A stretch of DNA of 55,740 bases, the filler included, from Sphacelaria rigidula (Eukaryota): assembly GCA_964200075.2 (NCBI GenBank). It is 5 parts of 5 records of this genome, joined end to end, with 100 filler letters (N's around TTAATTAATTAA, not from the genome) between each part and the next. Parts side by side here need not be neighbours in the genome. Positions count along the whole stretch, not along the records: positions 22,338 to 33,405 come from CAXNAA020005442.1; positions 33,506 to 44,573 come from CAXNAA020005443.1; 3 more parts are not named here. One strand, written 5' to 3'. The notes beneath the pieces were generated by a model. It searched no databases and had not been told where the DNA came from. It worked only from the letters and a program-made list of their open reading frames with translations. Position numbers and translations under genes: made by a program. How positions within the stretch are numbered: the first letter of the stretch is position 1; each line of letters opens with the position of its first letter. Positions 24,743 to 38,147 of this stretch are shown piece by piece.

Positions 24743-26880
24743 CGTTTGTGTGATGATGTACACTTTCAACGTACATAATCCTGACCACTTGGTTTTGGTC
24801 AGAAAACGTCCTCCGTGGGTGCATTTTTACGTCAAGGCGATAAAGGTTGTACTGGTATGAGGTTTTCGAGTTTCCCGACCAAAAATTGTGCGTACGTTCC
24901 TTGAACTACCCTGGGATGCACCCTTTGTTTTTTTTTTTATATTGAGGAATTCTGCACCATTTCGGGGGTCTTCACCCTGGGACCCTCGGAAGTCGGTAGA
25001 TCGGAGAATCTTAGCAATATCGTGAACAATACAATCCTTCCATTTGGAGCATCAATATCCACGGAACTGCCAAGTTTGAGGGCACTCGGAGACTTTTCTG
25101 TGACATATCTGAGGGAAACCGTCACAAGGCTTCGTGCGTAGCATTAGTGACGTCCCCCATAACCGAAACACCACGGTTTCGGGTATATTTCGACTCCGTC
25201 GTGACCATTCTCAAATATATTTTCTCTGTTTATTAGATTCCCGAGCTGATGGCGGTTGATACTTTTTGAAGCATATGGAGATTAGGTGAATATTGGGCTT
25301 GGAACTCGAATGTTCGATTTCAGAACGATTCGAAGGGCGCTGATTGGTCGAGGTACCTCTTCGCCCTGAGCGCCACCACTATGGCCTTCAACACGAATCT
25401 GGTCATGTCTTGCTCTTGAGCTGTCGACGGTGATCGGTATGGTATGACATAATGTATGCGAATATTGGGCAGGTAGTGCGGAAGGCATTTTCAGATGACA
25501 CAATTTTGGGTGAAAAGCATGGACCAGCCGGTACGCCTGAGCTGTTCTCCTCGTAGACCTCTGGAAACCAAACATTTCACGGTTTGGACAAATCATAGTC
25601 GGTTCGAATCACCAAATAAATCCACGATTATTCAGGTCTGGTTGCTCGAAAAAGAGAAAAACAAAAGTTGACCGCTGGTCAAGAACGTTTCGATGCAATT
25701 TTTGCGCCATTACACGTGCCTGGGCTGCGCGTACCTGGGTTGCAACGCTGGTAACAAAGCTTGAGGATTGATTCGTATGGCACGAATCGATTTCTCTAAA
25801 ATCAAGTAATGTTTAGACGAATCATCAATAATTCGTCCGACGCTTGAACATTTCGTGTAGACAATCGTAGTCGAGACTATACCGCAACAAAGGTACCTCA
25901 AGTGTGCTGTCTATACCTATGTGATACCAGCCTAACAAACATGGCGCCGACAACGTTTTGCACGTATGACACGGAGAGGGGGGCAAGCTGACACCCATGT
26001 TCCGACATCGTCAGCGGCGATTACGCTGGGTGCAGAGCAAGCTCCTATTTTGCCATCAAGATCGCGCATGGACATGGTTTTTGGGTGATAGAGGTGCTGA
26101 GGGCGCGCACAAGAAAATAATACAGTCAATCTACAGTACGCTTAATCACGAATGTAGCTAACATCGTACAGCGGAGTGTTTCTTCATATTTTCCCATGCG
26201 CCTTCCTTTCCCCCGATCCTCACTGCCGCGCCATACGCAGCTGCGTTGACCGTTCGCCACAATGCTGTGATGGCTGCGCATCCCACTCTCTACACAAGAC
26301 TGCAGTACTACTGTACAGCACCGCTTTACCGCCTTGTCCTATGCCGCCCTGTGGTGTCCTGTCCGACCGTCTGTGTGTACTGTATATACCTCTGCATCCA
26401 TCACCCATATCTATCAGATTCTCTCGATGGTATCTTTTCGACTAGTGGAGAGATAGGAGTCCCATGGAGGAGAGGGCGGGCTGATACAGCCACTCACTGT
26501 GTGGTCAACAACATCATGTTTTCGGTATCACAAGCCCAACAAGGATCGCGCGATGCATAGGGGTGCCTGCTGCTCAAAACTGGGGTACCCTATTTGATCC
26601 CCTATCCCCGGAAGACCGACCAAAAAACATGCCAATAATGCACATCTGTTGAAGGTGTATCATCTGAGATTCGATACTAAAATCAAGTAAAAAGTCCCAT
26701 CCAGGGTCGCAAAAACCGCACCCGCGGCCGACACCACCCTTCAAAGAGTACAGTTTTTTTTGTTTTACTCAATTGATGTGAAGAAGCAGACGCGAGAGGG
26801 CAACCACCACCCTAGTAAACAGTCAGTACAGTCACGAAGGCAGGGAGACGCAACTCATCAACACACAAACCAAAACGACC

Positions 26881-29800
26881 ATGAAGCTCGCCGTGGTTGC
26901 CGTTGCTCTGTCCGCGCTCAGCGCGGAAGGGTTCGCCCCGTCTTCTGCGTTCACCGGTGCCGGCGTCGCGCGCAGCACGCACGCGCGGGCGGCATCCTCT
27001 AAAGTTGAGATGTCTTTATCAGAAGACTTCAAGAAAGCGGCCACCGGCGCTCTTGCAGTGTTTGCGGGGCTCTCTCTGTTTGTTTCCGCACCGCCAGCGG
27101 AAGCCATCTCCCGGGAGACTCTCGACTCCCTATCGTACACGCAGGTGAAGGGGACCGGGCTTGCGAACCGATGCCCTGAGGTGTCGGGCGAGGACAGCAT
27201 CACTGTCGGAGGGTCGGGGAAGATCGTTGACATGTGCATCGAGCCCAAGCAATTCCAAGTACTGTCCAGGGTGAGTGGTTCACTCTGATGGTGATAACGA
27301 CGGTGGTGGTCGCTCATGAGGGATGTTGAAACAGGATGGGGGAGACGATGATGGACATGTGCTTGCATGTGTGTGTCTTCGGCCTGTGTCGACATGCTGA
27401 TCTTGTGTTTCAAGTCTTGCTTCGTGGGTGTCATGTGGTGCAGTTGGACGCGAGATGCGGGGTCTGGAAGCGTGTCATATTGTGCTGGAAGTACCTGTAT
27501 TTCTATGTGGGTACTCGGGAGAAGTCAGGGAACCTCCTGAAGTATGATGAAGACGACAGGAACACTGTTCATGTTTTCGCTGTGTTTTGTCACGGTAGAA
27601 GGACACCAGACATTGCTGCAAAACAGATGTGCTTGAATTGCTCGTGCTTTTCTATATGCCAGTGCCCCACACGAGGATGACTGTACTCTTCTCTCGATCG
27701 TCTTGCATGGTGCGTTGTGCATGAACCCGAGAGTTCGTTCACATTTGAAGCGAATTCTGGTCGAAAGTAAAACCCACCAAATTTGTACAAGGAGGGTTGA
27801 CATCCATGCACCCACCCCTCATTTGTGGGACATCCTGGACGGCAGCATGATACTTTTCGCCCCATCTGCCGAACCAAATTACTGCGACTCCCGATGTGGC
27901 TCGCCTGGCGCGTGTACAACCGCCGTGGCTCATTTCACGAAAGTGAACATGTTGCACTAGCAGATGACACTCGACAAATCTCTGCATGATAATAATCGTG
28001 GTATCATCTGTTGCACAAAATCCCAAACAGGCTGCGTCAACACTCGAAGCAACTCCTCGTCTCCTGTACGTACGTGTTTTTATGTCTCCACAGCTACCAT
28101 CAACCGACTCTCATGAGCATTCCCGTCCCATGACGAACGAAGGGTGGCAACGGACATGGTACTACGCCCATGTCACTGTGATTGCAGACAACGTCATCTT
28201 GTGTCTTGGTTTGCATGGTCACATGCTAGACGTGATATCTGTGCTGTCCTGGCGCCCGGACCTCGAACAACAGAGCTGCCCTCTTTCGTCGAGCATATTC
28301 GAGCACAGCCCTTGACAACGGACTTTGCTCCTGGTACCAAGCGGTGTTCCTCTTCCAACCGCAACAGCAAGAGTTTCAGATCACCGTAGCGCCTTGTACT
28401 GTGTACGTGTCACAACCACATTCTTGCTGTCGTACGAAGGGCAACGTCCACACTCTGAAACGAGGACGGTTGGGCCCTCGCTACAGGCTTGTATTGCGTG
28501 TATTGCGTGTCGTCTGTGTTTTCCTGGCGGAGGTTCCGAGGTTTTCGTGGAAACTTTGTGTAATATATGACTATATCTTGCAGGACATTCATGTACCGCA
28601 CGTCTTCCAGGGAATTGTACCTCGATGGACGCCGTTTGATATGAATCAAAACTGTGGCGTTTTACTGATCGTGTGTGCGTCAGGTGGCACGAGGGGGCAA
28701 CATGGTGCCGCAATTTGTGGACTCGAAGCTCATGACGCGTGAGACGTACACGTTGTACGGTGTCGAGGGAGACTTCAAGAGCGATGGGGGCAAGCTCACC
28801 TTCACCGAGAAGGTGAGTTCCTCCACATGGAGCAAGTGTAGGTTGAACCTATCGGTAGGTACAAAGAAAGGCCTTGGGTGAATGACGGAACCTTGCTGAT
28901 GTCATGTTTGCTACCGATGTGCCCGCGTGGATGAGACGCCCAGGTAGTGAGGCGAAAATATCAGATGATTCGGAGGTAGCGGCTGCTGTTCACCACGTGC
29001 GGGAAAACTACATGTCGTACTCCTGCTGCTTGCGCAAAGCAAGAGACCGTCGGGTTCCGTACATGGCGCAGAGTGCCAAAACAGTGACTCACAACGCGGG
29101 AGACCCCTCGCTTAATTATAGCCCCTGTAGCCATTATTTTCGTTTGGAGTTGTTTAGCACGCTAGTCGAGGGGGAAAGTGGTCGGTGCATATCAGTGTCC
29201 CGCGGTCCCGATACTCACAGGACAGTCGTCATACTGTTCCAGGAAGTACTGAGTGAATACAGACGCCTGTATTCACGATCATCGCGCATGTTGGATAGGC
29301 CGTGATGATCCTTACCACAATTATGGGTGACGGCACCAGAAATGTTCATAATGTGTGCGGAGGTGAAGGTGGGGCGACTGCGATTTATTCCGCTGCCTGC
29401 CTGATTTTGTACCAGTCCAGGTGCGGCGTCTGGCATGGTCATTTATATTTCTGATGTGCCCTTCAGAAATTGTACTATTCCAGCTTTTCATGATGCTTAA
29501 CCACCCCCCGAGTCTTTAACATTACCATCATGACGAAAGATGGAAAGCTTCAACATGGAGAGATGCAGCGGGGGAGGCTGGACGTGCTAGCGGCAGACCT
29601 GAGCATGTTTGTACTCGCCAGCAATACGAGCAGCGCGGAAGTGTCTTGATTGCAGTGTTGCGTTTATTCGCGATGTATCACGTTTCCTGTGGACCGTCTG
29701 TTGTACGCCACCGCATTGAAGGCAAAGACATGAGCGGAGACTTCGTTGTAAAATGACACATGAAAAATTGGCTGTATTTTGCACCTGATTGTAGCCGAAA

Positions 29801-31787
29801 TTCCTCCGCGTCGAACATGAGCTTGCAGCGGAGTCCGAGATGACGCTCGGTATCATGTCGACAGCATGCTGCTGGCCGGGGAGAATCTTGCACACACATG
29901 AGAGTACTCGTAGGTCGAGGACGATGTTTTCCCAACGTTGCACCCCGTCTCTGACCCCTGGTGTCCCGCATTTTTTGTACTTTCTCCCCAGGACGGTATC
30001 GACTACGCCGCCACCACCATCCAATCCAACTATGAGCGTATCCCGTTCCTGTTCACAGTCAAGGACCTCGTCGCCAAGGCCTCTCAAGGAGGTAACCAGG
30101 TGAAGCCCGGCTTCCAAATGGGCGGACCCTTCCGCGTGCCATCCTACCGCACTGGCCTTTTCCTTGACCCCAAGGGCCGCGGTGGATCTACCGGTTACGA
30201 CATGGCGGTCGCTCTACCCGGACTCCAGTCTGGTACCGAGGGAGACGCTGAGCTCTTCAAGGAGAACAACAAGGTGAGAGCGCTGCTGACTCGTGTCCCG
30301 TGCGTTTGATGTCTGTACTTCGCAGCGGGAAGCCGCGAGAAGTGAATGATGTAGCCGTGTCGGCGACGAAACAGCGTTTCATGCGCTCTCCCACGGTAAG
30401 GGGGCTTGAAAAGCGTGCTGCTCTCGATGAGAGCCGCTTGCTCACAGCACATTTGTACTGTCGAACTCTTCGTAGTAGGATGTTTCGAACGCTTGCCTTG
30501 GAAACTGGCATTTCCACCTTCTTTCTTCACGGGCTCGCTATTTGGAATTCTCGGTGTTATCGTTTGTTGCGGTGAACTGACGCGAGGTTGCCGAAAAATT
30601 GCTCATTCTTCAATTTGATGGTATATTTCATTGGACTCTCAACTCCTGTTGCTTATTCAATGTGGATGTGTGCAGGTGTTCGACGTAACGGATGGACAAA
30701 TCGAGTTCGAGGTGAACCGGGTGGACAAGGAGGCTGGAGAGATCGGCGGTGTGTTCGTGTCCAAGCAGAAGGGTGACACTGACATGGGCAGCAAAGTCCC
30801 CAAGGACATCCTTGTCAAGGGTGAGTCCCTTTCGTGTGTTATGTCATCAAATTTGGTATTGAGAGGAGGATGTGACGTCAACGATCTGCTTGTACTAGTC
30901 GATTCATCGTCGCACATTTACTTATTCCCGAGGGATACAAGGCGGCGATATGACAAATATACCCGATACGAACTCATCAGAAACACTGAAGAAAAGGAAG
31001 GTGAAGCGGTGTAGAACAGAGACATCAAAAAGTGAACAAAAAGACGAGACTACAAATCACGAGGAAAAATAGCAAATATCCGGCCTCTGCAATGTCGCCT
31101 CGGTGGAAAATGACTTCCGCAAAAGGTCACACTCGCGTTCAATATTGGGAAACATGGAGCCGCGTCGGACCATATCTCGTATGGGTGAGGAATTAATATT
31201 TGGAACATCGACGCCCAAAATCGGCGTTGTAGGAAGGCGAATCGGTCTTGAAAGGCAGGTCGAGTAAAGTGAACTCAATTGCGGGGTATTTTGAAAGAAG
31301 TCCTCGGGGTACTCGAATGAGGGTGAAGTGTTGGAAGTTGTACCCGAAATATAACTGGAAAGCGATCCCTGAAATCCCCCATCCTCAACTTGTGTACTTC
31401 GACTGCCCCTTTCAATATACCCCGCAATTGAGTATACTCTACTCGACCTACCCTTATTGGTATTGGAAATGGAATGGGAAATTGAGATGAAACCACGGTC
31501 CCGAACGAGAACCTCTCGGAAGAATATGATCGAGGGTAAAACGTCGGTCTCTCGGAGACGTGCTTGAGGGGGTGGCGCGCAGCCCATGATATCCCCCACG
31601 TCCTCGTGCCGTGTCGAATCATGGTGATCTTTGATTGCAGTCGTGTTTTTCCATGATTGTGCCAGTCTCGTGCCAAACGAGATTGAGGCCCGACTGAGTT
31701 TCGCGCATGTTGCGCCTCCTCCCCCCTCCCCTTTGTTCTGTTGATGTCCATGGCTGTCCAGGTGTATTCTACGCTCGCATTCAGTAA
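26881..31787 (+). CDS. psbO: Photosystem II oxygen-evolving enhancer protein 1 (manganese-stabilising protein) precursor, 323 aa, 5 exons
   Basis: Exons 26881-27270, 28684-28812, 29992-30273, 30676-30820 and 31762-31787, all GT-AG and phase-compatible (972 nt). Hallmark motifs: [77 protein letters not shown]. The N-terminus has a signal peptide with AEG-FAP (ASAFAP-like), a transit peptide, and a hydrophobic lumen-targeting segment ending AEA. Confidence 0.98.
31254..31453. mobile_element. 200-bp MITE in psbO intron 4, same terminal family as 19848-20328
   Basis: 'ggcaggtcgagtaaagtgaactcaattgcggggtattttgaaag' vs 'ctttcaatataccccgcaattgagtatactctactcgacctaccc' (~44-bp TIR). Confidence 0.85.
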
Positions 31788-33074
31788 TGTCCTTACGGAA
31801 GTTGTACGTTTTTGTGGGCTGAATAGTTTGGGGATGGGGCAACACGGGGAGGGCATTTAGGATGAGTGAAGGCGAGGCATGGTGGGGATATCGGTTGGGC
31901 TGGAGAGGCATCGAGCTGGAAGCCAAGCGATAATAGGCGCTTGTGGTGGCTACCCGGCACATCGAAAAGGCTTTAGAATAATAGAAATGATCTGTTTGCA
32001 GAGCTGTCTTTTCTAGTTTTAACATGTACGTTGTTCACATGTCCGTTCCTGGACTTGCTGGGCTTGCTGGGCACGTACAAGCACTTGGACAAGCGAAAAA
32101 TGTCGTGATGAAGTTGAGAACCAGACCGCTCCAAGTATATCAGGAGCTCTCGTCACTGTGCCAATGTTCAACACGTCTGTCGTTGATTGCACGGCAATCG
32201 CCCTCTCTCTTCGGTTTCTTGCCTTGGTTTGGGTTGGGAGGGTGATTTTGAGGCCGTTCTTGTGAGTGTTTTCGGTAACACGGTCTAGGAGTATCTGCAC
32301 TTGCTGTCTTTCATCGGAACTAAGTCAACATTCAACCTCTTGCATGCCTTTCGAGGCGTGCGTGTAGGCAATTCCGTGTTGGATTGGATGCCTCTGAGTC
32401 GGTACTTGGTGCGAAATCCGGGCTCTCCGGGAACTGATGAGTTTGAATTGAGACGGGAAATCCGAAATTTTTTCAGTCCGACATGTCCTGTCTGGTGATC
32501 GTCTTCGATGTTTGATTCTTTTTTTATCCTCTTCCGGTTGGGATGGGGAACCTAACGCTTGTTATCATTCCGTCGCCAAGCAATGACATGGCAAGCGACA
32601 AAATACAACACAGTCGAAAATTTTGATACAACTGCAAATGATGGCCACGCACATTCGTCTCTGCTCGGAATACTCGCGATCAAAAGGTGGGAGGATGATA
32701 TTTTCCCGTGGCGTGACTTGACCGCGCGGGCACGTCCTCCCGTCAGAACGTGCATGCCTCCTCTTCCTCGGGTGGCCCCGTTCTTTCATTCAAGATTTCG
32801 CCGGGAGTAACGCCTTCAACAAACTTACCGATGAATGAAATGTCGAAAATTCGGATGGACGTACCCAAGTGTGTAATTTAGGCACGTCATGGAGGCAGTC
32901 GAGCGGTTCGGGGTAGAGGTCGTGACCGTGGAGTCAGGATTCTTCTTTTTGGTGAGCGATGATCGAAAATCGAGGTACCCACTATGAGTCGATGGATTAT
33001 TACGCAGCTTCACTGCCGGAATGCTCCTGCGGGATCCCTCATGCTTCTCGTGGTCTGCGTTGGCTAATAACAGT

Positions 33075-33405
33075 GGATCATCTATGTTGATGGAGATTTT
33101 CATTGAGGATGAGAACCCGGAGGATTCAAATCTTCGTATCAACACCACGTCTTCGAAATGCGGTGTCATTTATTTTTTTCTTAATACCCCACCTTCCTTC
33201 TGCGGTGCTTCCCTTTACTTTTTCTCGCGAGAGGGGTTCAGCACTCCCTTTCCCACGTCGACCGTTCAGTCGACTTTTGTGTACCCACGACATGGCCACT
33301 CTCCACCGTTGTTGGAAATGTAAACAATCCACACCCTGGATAAAACAGCCGATCATCTATGTTGAGGATGGTGCTTTTGATTGAGGATGAGAACCCGGAG
33401 GATTA
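33075..33405. repeat. SINE-body-related repeat with a duplicated ~50-bp segment, ending at the contig boundary
   Basis: 'ccttccttctgcggtgctt...tcgcgagaggggt...cgtcgaccgt' is shared with 37165-37240. 'gatcatctatgttga...ttgaggatgagaacccggaggatt' occurs at ~33076 and ~33351. Confidence 0.7.
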
Positions 33406-33505
33406 NNNNNNNNNNNNNNNNNNNNNNNNNNNNNNNNNNNNNNNNNNNNTTAATTAATTAANNNNNNNNNNNNNNNNNNNNNNNNNNNNNNNNNNNNNNN
33501 NNNNN
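33406..33505. other. Artificial contig linker
   Basis: N44-TTAATTAATTAA-N44. Confidence 0.98.
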
Positions 33506-33790
33506 ATGAAAAATAAAGGCAAGCACCGCACAAGGAAGGTGGGGTACTAAAAAACAAATAAAAAAGAAAAAGTTTCTGTGTTGACTTTCCTCCTGTGTGA
33601 CCCCGGCTGATTCGCCCACATATACCGAAAGGTGTAGACTGGCGTCGAGAATAGATGGGACGACAACACACACACCCAACAGAATAGGGACAAAAATGCG
33701 TCCATTATCAGGTGAAACGATTCTTTCCCGGCTGATCGGCCGTATGGTAAAAACGGTGACGATGGTATAAACAGGGTTTTCAATCAAAAA
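33506..33790 (+). repeat. SINE body fragment at contig start
   Basis: 'ttcctcctgtgtgaccccggctgattcgcccacatataccgaaaggtgtagactggcgtc' is the near reverse complement of 37067-37127. Confidence 0.75.
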
Positions 33791-34213
33791 TTGCCCGAGG
33801 CAAACTATAAAAAGGTGTTCACAATCGAACACAGTTACGAGCCTGTGTAAACCCCCAAAGAAGCTAACGCATGGGACAGAGGAAGTATGCATGTCTTATA
33901 CCAGGCCGATTGTTGGGTCTGAGGCATATCTACTGAAAACAGGTGAAAAAGTGCGATCGGTTCGAATTAATCAGCACATCGGAAGAAGCCACGTCATGCC
34001 GGCTTATGTGAGAATATTTCGCGGGGGGCTGACGGAGGATTCGTTTCGATACAACAATTTCGACGACAAAGCAGACCAAAATTCATGCGCTTTCCCGAAA
34101 CTTTGAAACTTTCCGATATGGTCCGTTTGCCAACAGCTAGAGTGGCACGTGGGAAGTAACAATCGAACATAGGTAACAAAATTTATATTCGTTTCACTCG
34201 CGAAGTCTTTCAC

Positions 34214-35504
34214 CTCGGGTGGGGCACCGCGCAGAGCTAATCCAGTCTCCGCCGTCAAATTGCGGAGGAAGGAGGCCAGCTGATCGTCTGTGGGGGGATC
34301 CCCGGCTTCCTCTTGGCTCCTTACGAACTCCGCCTTCGTCTTGAACAGCTGCTTCAGTGCCTCCATTCTGCAGCACGCAATAAGTCGAGGGGTACGTGAT
34401 GTCATGGATATGACAGCTGCTGGTGCCTGCCACGTTCGGAAGGACTACTTGTACAACTACTCATACACGCAACCACGGATACGGATCACTGTCTGTAGGT
34501 CAACCGAGGCCGCAGGAAACCAATCTCAGTTTTTAGTTGACCCTCAGACAGCGAGAGTAGGCCATCTGTTGAATCGGCATCAATTTCACTTGAAAAAAGT
34601 ATGCATGATCCAGAAAAACTAACCTCGCGGTCCAGGGGCTAACCTGCGACAGACTACTCCAATATCACCGCTTATTGCGGAGCGGGGTTCATTTCGCGAG
34701 GGAAATAAGAAAATATTAGGTTGGGATTCTTACCGCCCCCATGCTCATTAACGAACGGTGAACACCCTAAAAATGTCCGGGTGCTGCTGTCCATTGTACA
34801 GCCTGTGCTGTTGCATTGCACTACACTGTACTGTTGTCTTCACCATTCTCTGCCTGTACAAGTACTACAATGTATGAAAAAAACACCTCGTGCCATGTAC
34901 AGTTCGACGGGGTAGCAGAACGGCATGACCACAGGAGGCATCACGTTAGGGTAGTTGAAAGTAGGGCTATTTTTTTTTCAGAGTTTCCCGACTCTTTCGG
35001 GAAAAAAGATATCCTCCCCGAAAAACGCGACAGCAGATTCCTCAACCATGTCAAGGAATAGAACACTTTACGCCTGACTACATTTTGGTGTACTTGGAAA
35101 GTCTGGCGTTGGGTTCTTCATTTTTGTTTTTGAGAAGTCGGAAGTTTTCCCGAAAAAATCGAAAAAAATTGAAAAATAAGTTACGTGAATAACGACGCTT
35201 ATACTCGACGTCGTCCGTATCAGTCTGCAACGGCATGTCACATACAAACATGCCAGGCGAAGAAGGATGAGCACCAACACGTAGGGGCAGGGCAGTTTGT
35301 GGGCTCGGAATTGGGGCATATCGCATGTTTTTCGCTGTCTGGATTTCACGGCCGCAGCAACGTAAAACCGATGGCAGCTCAGCAGCCCCAAGCATACCTG
35401 TATCGTGTGTACATGATCGTGCACATATACTGTAATATCAATACACTTGCACGGGCTCTTTGGGCAATCTGTGTCAGCTCATCGAGGTTCTTCAGGCAGA
35501 ACAT
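34214..35504 (-). CDS. Possible 5' exons of an unknown protein gene, running off the contig
   Basis: Exon 34367-34214 (ctgcag|a ATG EALKQLFKTKAEFVRSQEEAGDPPTDDQLASFLRNLTAETGLALRGAPPE|gtgaaa) is protein-like and phase-compatible with 35504-35398 (MFCLKNLDELTQIAQRAR...RYR|gtatgc). No family recognised. Confidence 0.35.
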
Positions 35505-36309
35505 GGGCGGAAGAACGCTCCAACCGCCGCTCGCTGTCACAATCCAGTTTCAATCACAAATCGTAATTCCTCACCTCATTTTTGTACCAGCTGTTGCTGT
35601 TTTAACCGACATTTCACTTGCGAAGCACTTGGTATCACAGAATGTATCGTTGACTGTATGTTGGTGAGCCCACATCAACATCAATTGAAGTAGACGTGCA
35701 GATGCTTATAATGCTCCATTACAGCAGCATACGAGTAGTGAACTCAAAACCCCGTCACACCCAGAGCTCAGTGGTTAGGCCCACATGCACTCACTATGCT
35801 GCTATAAAGACACAACAATGGTTGAGTCTCCAGATACAAGCATGGATTCTTTGTTCTGTTGCCATCGCTTGCCATTGAATTTGGTGTACTCGGTGCTCCG
35901 TGCTCAACAGCCTTTGCACGGAAGCATATACCGCACGATCACATTACGCTGTTAGCAATAAACCTTGCCTCACCTTCAATGTCGTTTCGCACGGTACAGT
36001 ACGGTAGTTGTTCTGTCTTGTGTGGCAGGGTCAACATGCCATGGTGCCATTTGTGATCCGAGAAAATTTGGATAACGTTCATTGCTATGTATCGGATAAT
36101 GGAACATGATAATGGGTAAAACATATTATACACAAAAGTAGACAACTGAGCGGAGTAAGGTAGCCGTTGCTGCCGCGTGTTCGTGTCTTCCCGACGACAC
36201 CATGTGCTAGATGCAATCATTCTTTTGACTACCCTTCGAGTTTTATCTCAATCGTCTTCGTTAGGCTCGGCAACAGGACCACTGTATAGCTCGAGAACAT
36301 TGAAACTAA

Positions 36310-38111
36310 ATGTCGCACAGGGCGAAAGATCCCCACGAGTATCCATCCGTTGATCCTGGGAGCAAGGTCGAAGATTTTACCACATCCCCTGGCTACAAAC
36401 CTCTGCAGCAGAACGGGCAGGCGAGACGCCTATCGCAAAATTGTCCTAGCTCTTCCGGTGCAATCATCGAATCCTCTGAACGAGAACTAGAGGGTACAGA
36501 GGCGGAGGATGCAGCACATTCATTCAACGATGACAAAAATACTGAGCTGGTGTTCCACAAGCAACTCACACATGAGGTCTCTGTGGCGCGCGAAGGCAAT
36601 CGAAGCCTCGAAAGGGCCCTTGGTCTCATCTGTGAGCGCATGCTGAGACTTGAGAAGGTCAGAAAACGACAACAATACCACTTAGCAAAAACATGTGTGG
36701 TGGTGGTGTACATTGTACGCCGATCGTGCCATTCTGGATGGGTTGTGCAAGTCCCGACGGTGGTGTTTCTGGACAACCCCGCAGATGAAGTTTGAAAGGG
36801 CCCAGTGCGGCGCACAAACTGTGCTGTGTGAAGGAAGAACCAAGCACGTGTGTGTGTTGATTGATAATTACTTTTGATCGATTGTCGCACTTTAACTGAC
36901 CCCCCCAGGATGCAGCCGTGGTCACATGATAGACGTACCCAAGACAAAACTAAACTAAAGCACTCGCTTACTGTAGCCGCAGAAAAAGGAGAAACATATA
37001 CCGTAGAACGAAGCAACATTGTAGAGTAAGGCGTAAGAATTGTGTGATGTCGCCCAATCTACTCTGGACGTCAGTCTACACCTATCGGTATATGTGGGCG
37101 CATCAGCCGGGGTCATACAGGAGGAAGGACTGCACTGGAGTTGTTTTTCTATTAAGAGTACCCCGCCTTCCTTCTGCGGTTTTTGCCTTAATTATTATCG
37201 CGAGAAGGGTACGGCATTTCCGTTCCCTCGTCGACCGTGAAGGTGAATTTTGTATACTCGCGACATAGTCGCTCTCGACAATCGGGCATGGTGTGAGATA
37301 AACTCCCAGATCGTGTGACTTCAGGGAGATTCGAACCCACGACCAAACCGTCAGAAGTTTTCGAGGTTACCACCTGAGCTACCGGGGCAACCAGCTATAC
37401 CTGCACATCTATTTTAACTGCAAACTTGAGTTATGATACTCCTGCACAATAGTTTGCCCTACAAACCGTGAAGTTGCAGTCATGGCTCCAACCTTGCATG
37501 CGTTGCACGTATGAATGGTACACGACGAGGTGTCAGCGCCACACCCCGTTCACCAAGTGAGTCATCCTACGATAGGGGGGGGGGGAGGGGGGGAACGTAT
37601 TTCGGGCCATTTCTTGAACAAAAATGCCGCTCCCAATCGTCGTTGGAGCCACAACTTTGGTTCGGACGCGCTTGGTACCAATACGACACACTGCTTAGGG
37701 CCCCGTTTTTCAGACGAAATCGAGGACATTTTCGGGCAGTGTCTACTTGTCCTGGAAAATGCGAGAGCAGGTTTCTCAACCAGATCAGGCAATTAATTGA
37801 TGAATCCAAGACTGGCCACAGCTTGCTCCGAGCATCCAGCGTCGAATTTTTTCGAGAAGCCGGGAAAATTCCAATTTCTCCGACGAAGACCGAGAAAGTC
37901 TTGAGAAAAAGTCCCGTTATTAAGAACCCTTCGAGGCATCTCAGACTAGAGGATCCCGGTAAATTCAACTGTACATTGCTGTTGCATATACCGGGAGCCT
38001 CGAGTCTGAGATACCCATTTTTTATACTGCTGACACCGTTTTCACTCAAACACAAGTATCTGAATGTTGGGTCGTCTGAAACACCTATGAGCCCGTACAT
38101 TTCGTGTAGTC

Positions 38112-38147
<36 letters not shown>

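Noticed and set aside
31057-32025. 322-aa minus-strand ORF, the longest in the track
   Set aside because: It is antisense to psbO intron 4 and the last exon, runs through a palindromic MITE, and has no protein-family features.
32285-35504. A single minus-strand gene joining exon-like frames at 32551-32285 and 33054-32829 with 34367-34214
   Set aside because: It crosses an artificial linker between unrelated contigs, and the two contig-3 frames are not phase-compatible with each other. They may be 3' exons of another gene but cannot be supported.
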